DNA of 63,813 bases, filler included, from Olpidium bornovanus S191 (lineage: Eukaryota > Fungi > Olpidiomycota): the NCBI GenBank assembly GCA_017911155.1. It is 32 parts of 32 records of this genome, joined end to end, with 100 filler letters (N's around TTAATTAATTAA, not from the genome) between each part and the next. Parts side by side here need not be neighbours in the genome. Positions count along the whole stretch, not along the records: positions 1 to 1,317 come from JAEFCI010001773.1; positions 1,418 to 3,463 come from JAEFCI010012251.1; positions 3,564 to 6,538 come from JAEFCI010013391.1; positions 6,639 to 8,069 come from JAEFCI010001206.1; positions 8,170 to 10,210 come from JAEFCI010005931.1; positions 10,311 to 11,429 come from JAEFCI010003058.1; 26 more parts are not named here. One strand, 5' to 3'. The notes under the pieces are model-generated. The model was not told the DNA's origin. It saw nothing but the letters and a program-made list of their open reading frames with translations, and searched no databases. Positions 1-11,356 of this stretch are shown here, one piece after another; position 1 is the stretch's first letter; each line of letters starts with the position of its first letter. The translations under genes and the position numbers were made by a program.

Positions 1-351
1 CATGCTGGTGAGCAAAGCCGCCCCCGCGTGTTCCCCGCGCTTGAGGAACAGGTTTTTGGCCAGGTTTGGCAACACAGACCGTACAACAGCGGTCGATGGG
101 TGGAGATGCGCCCGTCTCAGAAAAGCAACAAGCGCGTTTGTCGCCGAACCACATCGCAAAGGCTGTGACTGCGACCGGCCGCGGGCAGCAAAGCGTTTTT
201 GGCCGGGGCACGCTGAAGCAAGCCGGCCCAGCCGGCGGCAATGGGCGATGCGGAGCACTGAAGTGTGCCTTGAATTATCGACTTGCTACAAATACGCGCC
301 GTGCGATCAAACGCGGGCCAAGCAACATCTTTCCAAAACAGAAAAAGGCTG

Positions 352-1197
352 TCATGATGTTGGTCTCTGCGCCGGAGCGGCTTCGGGCGTCCGGGACATC
401 CGCTGCCGAGCCAGTTCAACGATTCTGAACACCTGCTGGTCGACGGTGAGGTGCGTTGTGTCCAGCACGACCGCGTCGTCCGCCTTTCTCAGCGGCGAGA
501 CCGCGCGCTCGGCGTCCTGCTTGTCCCGCAGCTCAAGATCTTCCTTTATCCGCTGCACCGCGCTTTGCTCGTCCTCCTCCCGAACCTCGGCGGCGCCGCG
601 CCGCTCTTCCTGTCTCCACCGTCGGAGCGCGCGGACGTGCGGGTCGGCGACGACGAACACCTTCAGGTCCGCGTCCGGGAACACGGTCGTGCCGATGTCG
701 CGGCCGTCCATGACCAGGCCGCCGGGAGCCTCGCCGCCCGCGAACGACCGCTGTCTGCGGACGAGGCAGCTGCGGACGGCGGGAATCTTGGCCACGGCCG
801 TGACCGACCCCGCCACCGCCGGGTTCGCCCGGACCGCCTCCGTGACGTCCTCGGCGCCGAGGAATATCCGAGTCGAGCCTGACGACCGGCTCGATTCTCC
901 CGCCGTGCCAAAACCGACGTGCACCTGCGCCACCAGCGCCGCTATCGCGTCCGCGTTTGACTCAGGCTCGGGATCCAACCCGGCGCGAACCGCTGCCAGC
1001 GTGATCTAAATGCGCGCGCGAACGTTTTTTTTTTCTTTCCTCTTTTAATATATCGTTCAGCTCCGGCCATGTGTCGGCTCGTCCCGCCATGAGCATTCAT
1101 CCGCACGACAGACATTCCGGACGTACCGCACGATACATGCCCCCCGTGTCGACGTGGACGAAACCGAGCATCCCGGCTACAAGGCGTGCGGTGGTGC
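352..1197 (-). CDS. cmk: Bacterial-type cytidylate kinase, 5'-partial, spliced (exons 1197-1127 and 1005-352)
   Basis: GTTARLVAGMLGFVHVDTGGMYRA|ITLAAVRAG...LVMDGRDIGTTVFPDADLKVF...RDKQDAERAVSPLRKADDAVVLDTT. The 121-nt GTACGT...TTTAG intron joins in frame. The P-loop exon lies beyond the contig end. Confidence 0.93.
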
Positions 1198-1271
1198 CTT
1201 CAAAAGCGGCGGTCGCGCACTCAGCGGGTACCGGTCGGACATGCGCGGACGAGAGCGGCAAAGCCCGTCGA

Positions 1272-1317
<46 letters not shown>

Positions 1318-1417
1318 NNNNNNNNNNNNNNNNNNNNNNNNNNNNNNNNNNNNNNNNNNNNTTAATTAATTAANNNNNNNNNNNNNNNNNNNNNNNNNNN
1401 NNNNNNNNNNNNNNNNN
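1318..1417. other. Artificial contig-joining linker N44-TTAATTAATTAA-N44 (first of 31). The others start at 3464, 6539, 8070, 10211, 11430, 12563, 14314, 17463, 20293, 26249, 27563, 28843, 31342, 33592, 36121, 38143, 39856, 42159, 44831, 46082, 47957, 49713, 50824, 52009, 54283, 56547, 57983, 59356, 60907, 62518
   Basis: Identical 100-nt block each time; the 12-mer puts stops in all six frames; sequence on either side is unrelated. Confidence 0.99.
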
Positions 1418-2449
1418 CCATGACTGCGACTAATCAAAAATTTCATCATAATTTTCTCATCAGATGTCCAAGGTTTGTGCGGCAGCCCTCCGCAGGCTGC
1501 GGACGTTTTGTCGTTCGGCATACTCAACTTCCTTCCCATAATCTCGGAGTTGTCCTTGAACTCGAATATGAAATAGCCGGGTAAGATTATCTTACAATAT
1601 AGTCTGGGTCGCATCACATGACTGAGTAGCTACCTTTGCATAGCAAGCACCGGGTGTTCTCATTAAAATCTGCCCGATTCGATTCCAGTCCGTAGAGGGG
1701 GACGTACTGCGAAGCTGGAACAACTTTTTGATATCTTCAGCAGCCCACCACCCGATGGTGGGATAAATGCTGACAAGAGCAATCCAAGGAAGGCACGCGG
1801 GCAAACAGTCGCCTATAGCCTGTACGCACCGCGCGTAAAAAACGTCAAACGTCGCTCTTATCCGATATGGCGCTCAGTGACACAACGCGCTCGACAGCAT
1901 ATTTACCAAGCAGAGTACCGAAATTTTTCTGGTACTTGAGCGTTCCTGTGAATTTTTCAAAGGATTCGTCGTTTTTCAAAAGCATAACGGCTTTTCATAT
2001 GTCTTGTTTATCCCAGTGCTAAAGGAGACGCACGCGGGCAGTGGGCCGCACTCGGTGGTACCGAGGTGCTACAGATTGTACTGATCGCCTAAGAAGGTTT
2101 TTTGCAATACTTGCCCAGTGGATTTGACCGGAGTCCGCCAGCGATTACTTTGTTGTTGGTATAAGTGTCTGCGTTTTGTCCCGAGTCCAACGTAAACCTG
2201 AAGCGCACGACACAAGTCCTAGCTTTCATGTGATCTTCACACAGGATGCTGGTGCCCTTCCGACAAGATCTGAACTTGCTGCCCAGTCCAAGCGCGTTTC
2301 ACTCCTAGTGTCTCCTTAAGAGAAAGCTTTGCGTATAGCCTGCAACCGTGCACTCGACCAGGGCTTGTCTCGTCCGAAAACATTACGACGCTTGCACAGA
2401 CACCCCTTAGAAGTCCGCCCCAAAGCACACGCGAAGTCGTCCGAAGCAA
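1418..2449 (-). pseudogene. Multi-repeat Myb/SANT-like protein, probably degenerate
   Basis: Myb-like repeats: KRAWTGQQVQIL; LRWTRDK...IHWASIAKNLLRRS; WAAEDIKKLFQL...DWNRIGQILMRTPGACYAK; KPWTSDEKIMMKFL. In-frame TAA (2147-2145), TAG (2021-2019) and TGA (1997-1995). Confidence 0.6.
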
Positions 2450-3591
2450 ACGCCTACGGGTCGCTTTCCTTCACCCGGTCGGCCTCAAGCAGGGGGTTGA
2501 CTTCCAACTCAGCCCACGGCAGACGCCTCCGCGATCTTCCAAGCCGAGCACTGTTCGCCGGCGCCGGGCCGTCGCCGTCGACGGAGATTCCTTTGACAAC
2601 GCCGGGGTCTTATCGTTTGCTGACGTCCGTGCCGGCTTCACCGCGAGCAAGTCATCTGATCGCGTTGGCAGGGCTCCGCCAAAGCGCCCGGCAGGGAAAC
2701 AAGGCCGGACGTCGGTTTGGCAAAGCCGCCGGCTTCCGCGCCCAAACAATGTTATTTTCGCCCGTCCCCGCCTAGCCGGACGGAACCGCTCCAGGGCACA
2801 CGGTTGCGGTGCGGCCAACGTCCGTCTCAGGCGTACAGACCGGGACGGCTTGCCGCTGAGCGGACCCGCGGTTTTTGCTCACGGGCGGGCCGGGGGAGAG
2901 ATGAGGGGGGCCGACTGCGGACATGAAGCTTCAGGAGCTTAAGCCCCACACGACCGCGGCAAGGCCGGGCCCGGCGGGTGACCCGTGCGGCGGTTTGCAC
3001 GACAAAAGGCCAGCACGCGCGGAAACAAGCCAATGCGGAAGTGTTCCGGCGCAGCGGGCGCGTCGGTCTTGCGCTCACGGTGTCGCCCGGGGGAACGCGT
3101 CCGACGACCGGCAGGTTGCCCTGACGCCGGCGTGCGGCGGCGGCGAGGACGGGCATATCTTGTCGCAACGCCGACACCGGCACGGAAGCCGAGCCCGATT
3201 TTAACAACCGGCGCAGTCGCCTTTGCCGCCCGGTTGCGCTCTTAAGTTATCCTTAAATTAAATCAACTCGCGTAAGAAAAACGCGGACGGCGCAGAAGGA
3301 CGCGCCAGGAGGAGGGGGGGGTGGGGGGGGGGGGGGGGGCCGGGGGAGAGCGAAAACAAAAATCTATGTCGTGGGCGTCGTCCGCCGCCAGCGGAAGGAG
3401 GGGCGGGGCTCCTGACCTTACGTGCTCGCTGGCGGTTTTTCCGTCCCCTGCCGTTTGCACTAANNNNNNNNNNNNNNNNNNNNNNNNNNNNNNNNNNNNN
3501 NNNNNNNTTAATTAATTAANNNNNNNNNNNNNNNNNNNNNNNNNNNNNNNNNNNNNNNNNNNNACCACCACCCAACACCCCCCCCCCCCCC

Positions 3592-3629
<38 letters not shown>

Positions 3630-3639
3630 GCGGGCTTGC

Positions 3640-6332
3640 CTCGTGCGCGACGCCCCTCCACTCCTCTCGCGTGGTGCTGCTGACGCCTGTGCCGCTCACG
3701 AATTCCGCGAAGTCGGAAGCCGCCGTGCCGCCGATCGCGTTTTTTGTCCTCGAGTTGGTAGCCGCCAAAGCCACGACCTTCGGCCTCGAGGTGTCACTTT
3801 TCGCCGACTCCGTACTTGCCTTGCCGGCCCCCGCGACGAGGTTCCTCAATTTGTTCTCGCCCGCATTGATGACCGCGACCTGACCGATGCCGTTTTTTGG
3901 GACAGGCGGAGAAGCCGTGGAGCCCTGCGAAAACGAGTCGGTCTGGCAAAGCATATTGAGCCAGCTGATGCCTACAGTGGAGTCCGAGGAACACCGCGTC
4001 ATCAGGTGCCACAGGCCCACGTCGTCTGCGGAGCGCTCGCCGCGCCACTTCGAGAAGTCGCTGAGGCGCCGGTTGATGGTGTAAGCAGGATCCACGCAGG
4101 GTTGGTTCCACGCTTCTAGATTGGAGCTGTTGCTGCCGGGGCCTTTCAAACCTGCCGCGCTTGCGCCTTCATTGTAACACGCTGCGCGGATCTCGATTCG
4201 AATGAGCGACAGCGCGACGTTGAACGTGTTCTCGTAAACTCGCGAGGCCAGCGCCATGTTCGTGATGATCTGCCGCAGGGCAGCTTCGGGGCTCCCATAG
4301 GTGGCGACGTAAGAGCAGTCGGCAGCCACGCCCTAAACGAGAGCGAGCGAAAATCCAAAGTATCGGGTCGTTAATCGTCTGTGGACGGCCACTCACGCCG
4401 TCGACAAGAAACGCCTCGCACCATTCGAAGCGTTTTCGGTCTTGTCGGGCAGCCGGCGGCGGCCCTTTTCTGGAGTTTACCTGGACCGCCGACGGCGGAC
4501 ACCGAGTTCTCGATCTTCCTCTTTTGCAGCTGCAATCTCCAGAACTCCGCGGCAGCGCCGTTGACGTTCCAGTCCAGGGTCTCGGCTCCGCACGTCTTGG
4601 AGGTGGCCAGATTGCCGTCGTTGTCGCGCTTCTCAAAACGGATCTCCTTTTTGTCGTCTTCGCGATATATAATCATGGTCGCGCGGCGCGCCGAAGAACC
4701 TGTGGCGCTGGGATCGTAGACGGGAGCGTCATGTTCTTCCCTCGTCGAGGCGTAGGACTCGAGAGTTTTGATGGTATACAGGGATTTCCTGCCGCCGGTG
4801 GCTACGAAAATGACGCCCTCAAAGGTGGTATCCGCGTCCTCTTCCAACAGGTCGTGGCTGAAAGGGCCGGCGCGGAGTTAAGGGGAGCGTCATTCCTGGG
4901 CCGGCGAACGACAACAACCGCGGCGACAGGTCGCACCTATGGCTGTGCACGACGATCCTTGCCGTCCCGATTTTTTCGGCCTCAGCGTCGACCTCTGCGC
5001 ATTCCTCGTCGGCGTCAAAGCCCGCCTTCCAAGCACTTCCCCTCCTGGCATCGGCATCGAAGTCGAAAGGCAGGTCGGCGTCCGACGTGGAACCCAGTGG
5101 CCACAAGGGCGTCAGGACCGTTTGCCGGGTTGCCGCCCGGGCCCGCGTCCGCCACTCCTTTCCCCGATGAAACCGCCTATCAGAGGCGTGCTTCGACGAG
5201 AACACCGCTCCCGTGTAGACCTGTCATCAGAAAGCGGGCGAGGGATAGGTAAGCGGGGCGTTTGAGAGGCGGCCGGCTGCAAGCTTATCCGTCTCGCGGC
5301 GCGGCGGCCACACCGAAAAAACCGCCGACGCCGTTTTTTGCAACGGCGAAGAAAAACCTGCGCGGCCCACCCACGCACCCTGACGTTAATCGACAGCGAG
5401 GCGTCCTCCCTCCCGTCCAGGACAACCTTGGCGCCACTGTGAACGACGTGTTCGTGCGGCGCAAGGTGGACGTAAAACGTGGAGTTGAAGGCGGTGAACG
5501 TCAGGCGGAAGCTGTCCTTTGGCGAGAGGCCACCCTTCCTGTTCGCGCCGATTACAGTCGGCGGCAGATCGCCGTGTACGGGATGCCGCGGCAAAAGCTC
5601 GAGCGAGTACGACTCTAGGACTTCGTAACTGTGGAGCGGCGAGAGGGAATGCCTGCTGGTACGAGCTGGCGGACGGGATTCCCCCCCGGCCAGAGGAACG
5701 TAAATCCCGGCACGGGCCGCCCCGGAATTGTAATGAGACCGCCGTGGCGGAAGGCGGAAGGAAGGGGGGGGGGAGAGAGAAGAAGAGGGGAAGTGTGGGG
5801 AATTAGAGCGGGTAGGGAAAGAAGGACGGGAAGCACGAAAGCGGGAGCAGCCGACGGTCAGCGGGAAAAAACGTTTCTCGCCCCGTCCCTTGCGTGGACG
5901 GCGTACGCCAGGGGGGAAGGGGGAGAGACGAGGGTGAGGGGAGGCGGTGGGGGGGGAGGGCGCGGTGGTGAAGCGGCGGACACGGTCTATCTCCGCACCT
6001 CGGGCGGGCGTCGGAGCCGACAGCGAGGCGAGCAGCCAAAGAAGGAGGGTCCCAAAGAGCGCCGGCAGCTTGGCCCTTGGGCTCTCTCGTGGCGGCCGCC
6101 GGGCGACGGCGGCGGGGCCGGGCGAGGCCGGCCAGCGAACAGGGGGCCGGGCGACGACACGCCGGCGTGCCGAGCCGCCGGCGGGAGTGACAAGGCGGTG
6201 GCGCGAGCGGCGGCCCGCTTCGGGCGGCGGGGCCCTCGCCGTGGTCCTCTGCGCCCGCGGGCCGGTCTCGCCGGGTGCGACGCCGTTGTGGCGAGGCGAT
6301 GGCGCGGGGTCGGCAGGGCGGCGTCCGACCAT
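3640..6332 (-). CDS. Fungal ADAM/reprolysin (M12B) zinc metalloprotease, multi-exon, 3'-partial
   Basis: Hydrophobic segment LFGTLLLWLLASLSA; prodomain SFRLTFTAFNSTFYVHL and GTARIVVH; cysteine-switch-like TCGAETL; catalytic GVAADCSYV, VGLWHLMTRC, VGISWLNMLC, FVSGTGVSS, EEWRGVAHE (start of HExxH) at the last exon end. Confidence 0.88.
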
Positions 6333-6390
6333 TGAGGCGGGGGCGGTGTCCGGTTTGGTCTGGCCTGGTCTTATAGAGCGAGCGAGCGGG

Positions 6391-6489
6391 CGAGAGAGAG
6401 AGAGAGAGAGAAAAGAGAGAGAAAAGAGAGAGAAAAGAGAGAGAAAAGAGAGAGAAAAGAGAGAGAAAAGAGAGAGAAAAGAGAGAGAA
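6391..6489 (+). repeat. (GA)n microsatellite followed by an 11-bp unit (GAGAGAGAAAA) about 7 times, upstream of the ADAM gene
   Basis: AAAA recurs at 6411, 6422, 6433, 6444, 6455, 6466 and 6477. Confidence 0.9.
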
Positions 6490-6671
6490 CCTCCCGAGTG
6501 GGGCGGGGCAGGAACGGAGGAAGTGCGCGGGGTGTGTGNNNNNNNNNNNNNNNNNNNNNNNNNNNNNNNNNNNNNNNNNNNNTTAATTAATTAANNNNNN
6601 NNNNNNNNNNNNNNNNNNNNNNNNNNNNNNNNNNNNNNGGGGGGGCGAAGAGGGGGGGGGGGGGGGGGGAC

Positions 6672-6705
<34 letters not shown>

Positions 6706-6850
6706 CCACGCCTTCCCCTCTCCCGTTCGCGGTAAAAACGTTTTCCCGGTGGAATAATCCGGTTTTGTCAACTGGCAAAAGTCGACTAACCGGAGCGACC
6801 TTTTTTTTGTTGTTTTTTTTGGCGTGACTCGTCGGCTCTTCGCCGAACAG

Positions 6851-7966
6851 TCGAGACCCGACTTGTTCAACTCCTGGAGAAAGCGATTGAGGATGAGAAA
6901 AGGACTGGCGGACAGGACGACGAGAAGGAGCTGCTCGCTTTCTTGCGCAAAGCCGGCTGGAAGGTGGATATGCCTTTCTGGGACTGTCTTCCCGACTTTC
7001 CGCGTTTCTTTCGGCTCACACCGACAGCCGCTCTCTTTTTGCGGGTAGCTCCGCAAGAAGGAAGGCCACCACGAGGTCACCCTGACGAAGACCTCTGGCC
7101 GCGAGAAGTACGTGTGTTTCCGGCCGGCTCCTTTACCGGTGTCTCTTGGGGATTTACTGCCATTCTTTTTTTTGCCTGAGCCTTTGAGGGCCTCACGCCG
7201 TTCTGACGCGTTTTCTGCTGTTCTCCTTTTCGGTTCAGCATCAGCGTCGTGTTCAGCTTCATTGACATCAACCAGCAGGAGGACGAGCACAATCACATGC
7301 CGCGTGAGGGAGAAGAGGAGAGTGAAGATGAGCGCCCTCTGTCTATGAACGCCCTCGTTATCTGCGAGAAGGTTAGAACGGGGTCGCGAATGTTTTCAAA
7401 CCTGACACCTTCCGCGTGATCACGACACCATGGTCGTCATCGGTTGCGGCTGGTCTCAGCCTTGTTCTCGTTGAACAATTCCCCGTGTGTTCCGTCCTTA
7501 CTTGAAACTAGCCGGGGCATGGCGTTCTGGTGTTCGGTGTCACCATCTGCGACGGCGAGGTGATTATCCAAAAGGCGTCGTACTGCCCCTCTGCCGATAT
7601 TGCCATGATGAAAACTGCCGAGGCCGAGTGGAAGGGACGCAGCCTTTACTGCGGCCCCAAGTTTTTGGAGCTCGAAGAGGTGAGTGCGCGATTGACTCTT
7701 GGTGATTCCCCCCCCCTCCCCCCTCCTTTTTTTTTTCTTTTGCTTCCTTCGCGTTCTCTTGTCGTTTTCGGCAGACCAACTGAAGGCTTGCGGTTTTCAT
7801 TTTCATACGATTCCAGGACCTTCAGATCACGTTTCGGGAGTACATTGAAGTGCGCGGGATCAATTCAACCCTGGCTGCCTTTCTCGACAGATTCATCGTG
7901 TTCGGCGAGCAGAAGGAGCACATCGCCTGGCTTCAGCGAGTTAAGGATTACGTCAATGCGCGATGA
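6851..7966 (+). CDS. MAM33: Mitochondrial acidic matrix protein (MAM33/p32/C1QBP family), 5'-partial, about 5 exons
   Basis: Exons give HHEVTLTKTSGRE, ISVVFSFIDIN, TAEAEWKGRSLYCGPKFLELEE and (7817-7966) DLQITFREYIEVRGINSTLAAFLDRFIVFGEQKEHIAWLQRVKDYV*, matching the family C-terminus. Confidence 0.88.
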
Positions 7967-8323
7967 GGTTCTCTCTCTTCGTCATCAGGCCGTTTTTCCG
8001 CTCTCGTGTCCGACGTCGGTGCTGCTGCGGCGGCGCAACAGGCTATGCTAGGATGAAGGTGTGCTGACCNNNNNNNNNNNNNNNNNNNNNNNNNNNNNNN
8101 NNNNNNNNNNNNNTTAATTAATTAANNNNNNNNNNNNNNNNNNNNNNNNNNNNNNNNNNNNNNNNNNNNCCCGGGGGCCTTGGCCCAGGGGGCGGGACCG
8201 GAGGAGCAGGAGAGGTTAAAAGGGGCGCCGCCCCTCCCCGACGGGCTTTCAACTTTTGTTTTTCGTTTGTTTTGCTTTTCTTCCTTTGTTATCTTTTTTG
8301 AATTCCTCCGTCGCCTGGCTCCG

Positions 8324-10210
8324 ATGCGGTTGGTCGTCACTTCGTCGTTTGCGGCCTTGGCCGCGCTCGGCGCTTTCCGCACCGTGCCGGCGGTGCCCGC
8401 GGACGTACCCGCGGACGTACCCGCGCAAGCGGACGCGGCCCGCGGCGCTTTTGCGACCAGGAATTTCCCCGCCGCGCCAGTGCCGCCCGCGGCGTACTCC
8501 GCTGGTGCTGGGTCGCTCCGAGACGCTCGTTACCACACACCGCGCGCGGACAAGGTCCGCGGCGCTTCTGCGAGCAGGTATCTTCCCGCCGCGCCTGTGC
8601 GGCTAGCGGCGTCGTACCCCGCGCGGACGCGCTCCGACGGTCGGGAGATCGGGGCCGTCCTCACCACGCCTGCCGTGGAGACGGATTACAGCGCCGGGCA
8701 AATCCTGACTTGGCCTTACCAGCGTGCTTCGCCTGCGGCGGTTTTCTCGACTGCCGAGACGAACAACGACGTTGGGGATCTCGAGGCAGTTTTCGCGTCG
8801 TTCGGCCTTGGTAAGTCCGGAGAGAGTAGTGCGGTAGTCGTTGGCAGCATTCCCCCGGGCTGTAAGAGGGCGTTTTCTCTGTGGCGGCGCCTTTTATTTG
8901 GTGGGCGGTGCCCCTTAACGACCGAGGGACGCTTTCTGGGGGTCTGACGACGGCGTCGTTTTTCGTGTCCGTAGATGACCCGCAGAAGGATTGGGATCGG
9001 GAGCCAAATCTGTTTCCGCCTTGCCCGTTCGGGACGAAAGCCGTCCCCGTTTCGGCGCTCCCTCTTCCGGAGACTTTGGCATACGGTCGTTATTATTCGT
9101 AAGTTTTGTGGCTCAAGATTTTTGAGCGTGTTTGTTTGCCCGAATTCACCGAGTATTTCGAACTGGCCGACTGTTGTGGTAGTGAACATCGTGACTTCCA
9201 GCGGATTTCGGATAACCTCAGGACCTTTGTCGAAAGCGCGCAACACCTCATTGACAGTGCCGTCGGGCATGTCGAATCAGTAAACCCGTGGATTGCGGGA
9301 AAGCAAACGGGAATCACGGGAGACCTCCCCGCGACCAGGTGGAAAACAATCGGCTATATGCAGATTCTCGTGACCAACGTGGTCGTGAAGGCCGTAGGTT
9401 TTCTGGGTGTTCGGCGACATTTCTTGCCAAACCCCAACCGTAAGGACACCATTTTGCTCCTGAAGGCCCTCCTTTGCGGCACCAGCCAACTGCCGAAAGG
9501 TCCTGTGGGCTCTGCTCTTCTGTCCACCAGTATTTGGGACCTCACCGACGTTTCAATTGTCAAATTGTGGCCCCAAGTTATCGACCACATCTCCAAGCTA
9601 GTCGACTATGTCACAATTTCAATAGTCCCGTTCGACCGTTACAAAAAATGGGCCGCCGATCTCAAAGTCAACGCCGCGGTTCTGAAGGGCATGCTGGATA
9701 ATTTGCACACCGGTGGACACAATGCCGCCCTTGCTCGTCAACAGCTTCTGCAGAATTCGTATAACGACGTCGGACAATCACCGGGATTCCCCCTGGTTTT
9801 TGGCGCAACTCCTGAGTAATGCCTTTGGGGTGCGGTTCTCGCCAAATTTGCGCGCCAAAATTGTTTCTTTGACTGACTTCTTTCATTTCACTGGTGCTAC
9901 GCTAACTGTCAGAGGTAACCAGATCCTGATTCAGGTCGCTGTCGAGGCCGCTCGGCGCATCTTCTCCGCCGCTAGCGTTTTGTTCCGCCATGCCGCCCTT
10001 GCCCAGCCGCCCAGCTCCGGCATCTACTCGTTCTCGGAGAACGATCGCCGGAAGCATCTCACGGATCTACATTTTTTGGTCGCCAAGACCATGACCGGCG
10101 ACCGTAAGCTACTGCCGCCGTTACCTTTGTCCTTCGACGAGGAAACCATTCGACGGTACTTCCTGTCGGTCGAAATCTCGCTGTACGCAGCACTGTATGC
10201 TCTGCTCCCG
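8324..10210 (+). pseudogene. Secreted protein of unknown family with an in-frame stop and a frameshift, 3'-partial
   Basis: Signal-peptide-like MRLVVTSSFAALAALGAFRTVPA; in-phase intron 8811-8974; TAA at 9100-9102 between two same-frame ORFs; frame change near 9780-9815. Confidence 0.55.
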
Positions 10211-10505
10211 NNNNNNNNNNNNNNNNNNNNNNNNNNNNNNNNNNNNNNNNNNNNTTAATTAATTAANNNNNNNNNNNNNNNNNNNNNNNNNNNNNNNNNN
10301 NNNNNNNNNNAGGTGAACAGCTAACGGGAGTGCCGGCCTGCTGCCAAATGCGAGACGGTTCTCGCAAGGGAAGAGGGCCGGCGCGCTCCCGGGCGGTCGG
10401 CCTTGGGACTGCTTACATAATGGAGCAGTGGCTTCGCGGCGCACCGCGTGCGGCCACTCCACCAACGTGAACGAAAGCGGGAAAACAGCAACTCTGACCT
10501 TTGAC

Positions 10506-10775
10506 GTGTCTCATGGGAGGAGCCAAAGGCAGGGAGCGCGGTCGAGAGCGGCGTTCCAGAATGAGAGACGAGCTTTGAACTTGGGGTTTTGGTTTACTGT
10601 CTTCCTCGCGGTGTGCGGCGTGTCTCGTGGGAGGAGCCAAAGGCAGGGAGTGCGGTCGAGAGCGGCGTTCCAGAATGAGAAACAAGCTTCGAACTTGGCG
10701 TTTTGGTTTTGCGGGAGAGGCTCAAGTCAGGGAGCGCAGGCGAGAGCGAGAATGACAGGCGAGTTTTGAACGTGG
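10506..10775 (+). repeat. Degenerate tandem repeat, period 114 bp, two copies plus a partial third
   Basis: GTGTCTCRTGGGAGGAGCCAAAGGCAGGGAGYGCGGTCGAGAGCGGCGTTCCAGAATGAGA starts at 10506 and 10620; partial copy near 10728. Confidence 0.9.
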
Positions 10776-10979
10776 TAAACAAAACCGCTGTGGGGGGGCG
10801 GCGTTGGGGGGGCAGCGCGATTTCCCGGAAACAGCTGCACTGGGCGGAAGAGGCGGCCAGGAGGTCTCTCGGGTAAAACACAAGAGGACAACTCCCGCGC
10901 CGCCCCGGTCCCCCCTGCATCCCCAAAACTGCGAGAACAGAGGGCGACGCCGGCCCCGCCCGGTCCCAAATCACCAAAT

Positions 10980-11356
10980 ATGGCGCCCAAAACGTACCTG
11001 GCGTCCCTACTTGGGACAGTTCCGGCCGTGGAAGTTTACGAAAAGTTCCGCGTGAGGCACCCGCGCGCCCCCTTAACCTACCCGGCCTACCTTGACAATG
11101 TGGAGAAAGAAAGTCCGGAACGATACAAGTATACGACAGGATGTGTACAGGATTTCCTCAATGAATCTATCAATATTGTAACGATTTTGAACAAGGAGAA
11201 TATTTTTGTTTCAGAGTCAGAGATTCGTACAGAATAGAAGATTACAGTCGTGATAATGTTGAAGAAGAGGTTATCCAAAGAATGAAAAATGTTCTACCGG
11301 ATGCAAGACATGCCATTCAAGATTTGTTACCGCCTGTCTTGAATATGTTGAAATAA
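10980..11356 (+). other. Unassigned ORF pair with an apparent frameshift across a GC-to-AT transition
   Basis: ORF 10980-11237 (MAPKTYLASLLG...EIRTE*) overlaps a second frame (IEDYSRDNVEEEVIQRMKNVLPDARHAIQDLLPPVLNMLK*, ending 11356). No family recognised. Confidence 0.3.

Noticed and set aside
1362-1373. Regularly recurring TTAATTAATTAA as a biological repeat or CRISPR-like array
   Set aside because: Always centred in 88 N; it is a synthetic six-frame-stop linker. ORFs ending in LIN or X runs are artefacts of it.
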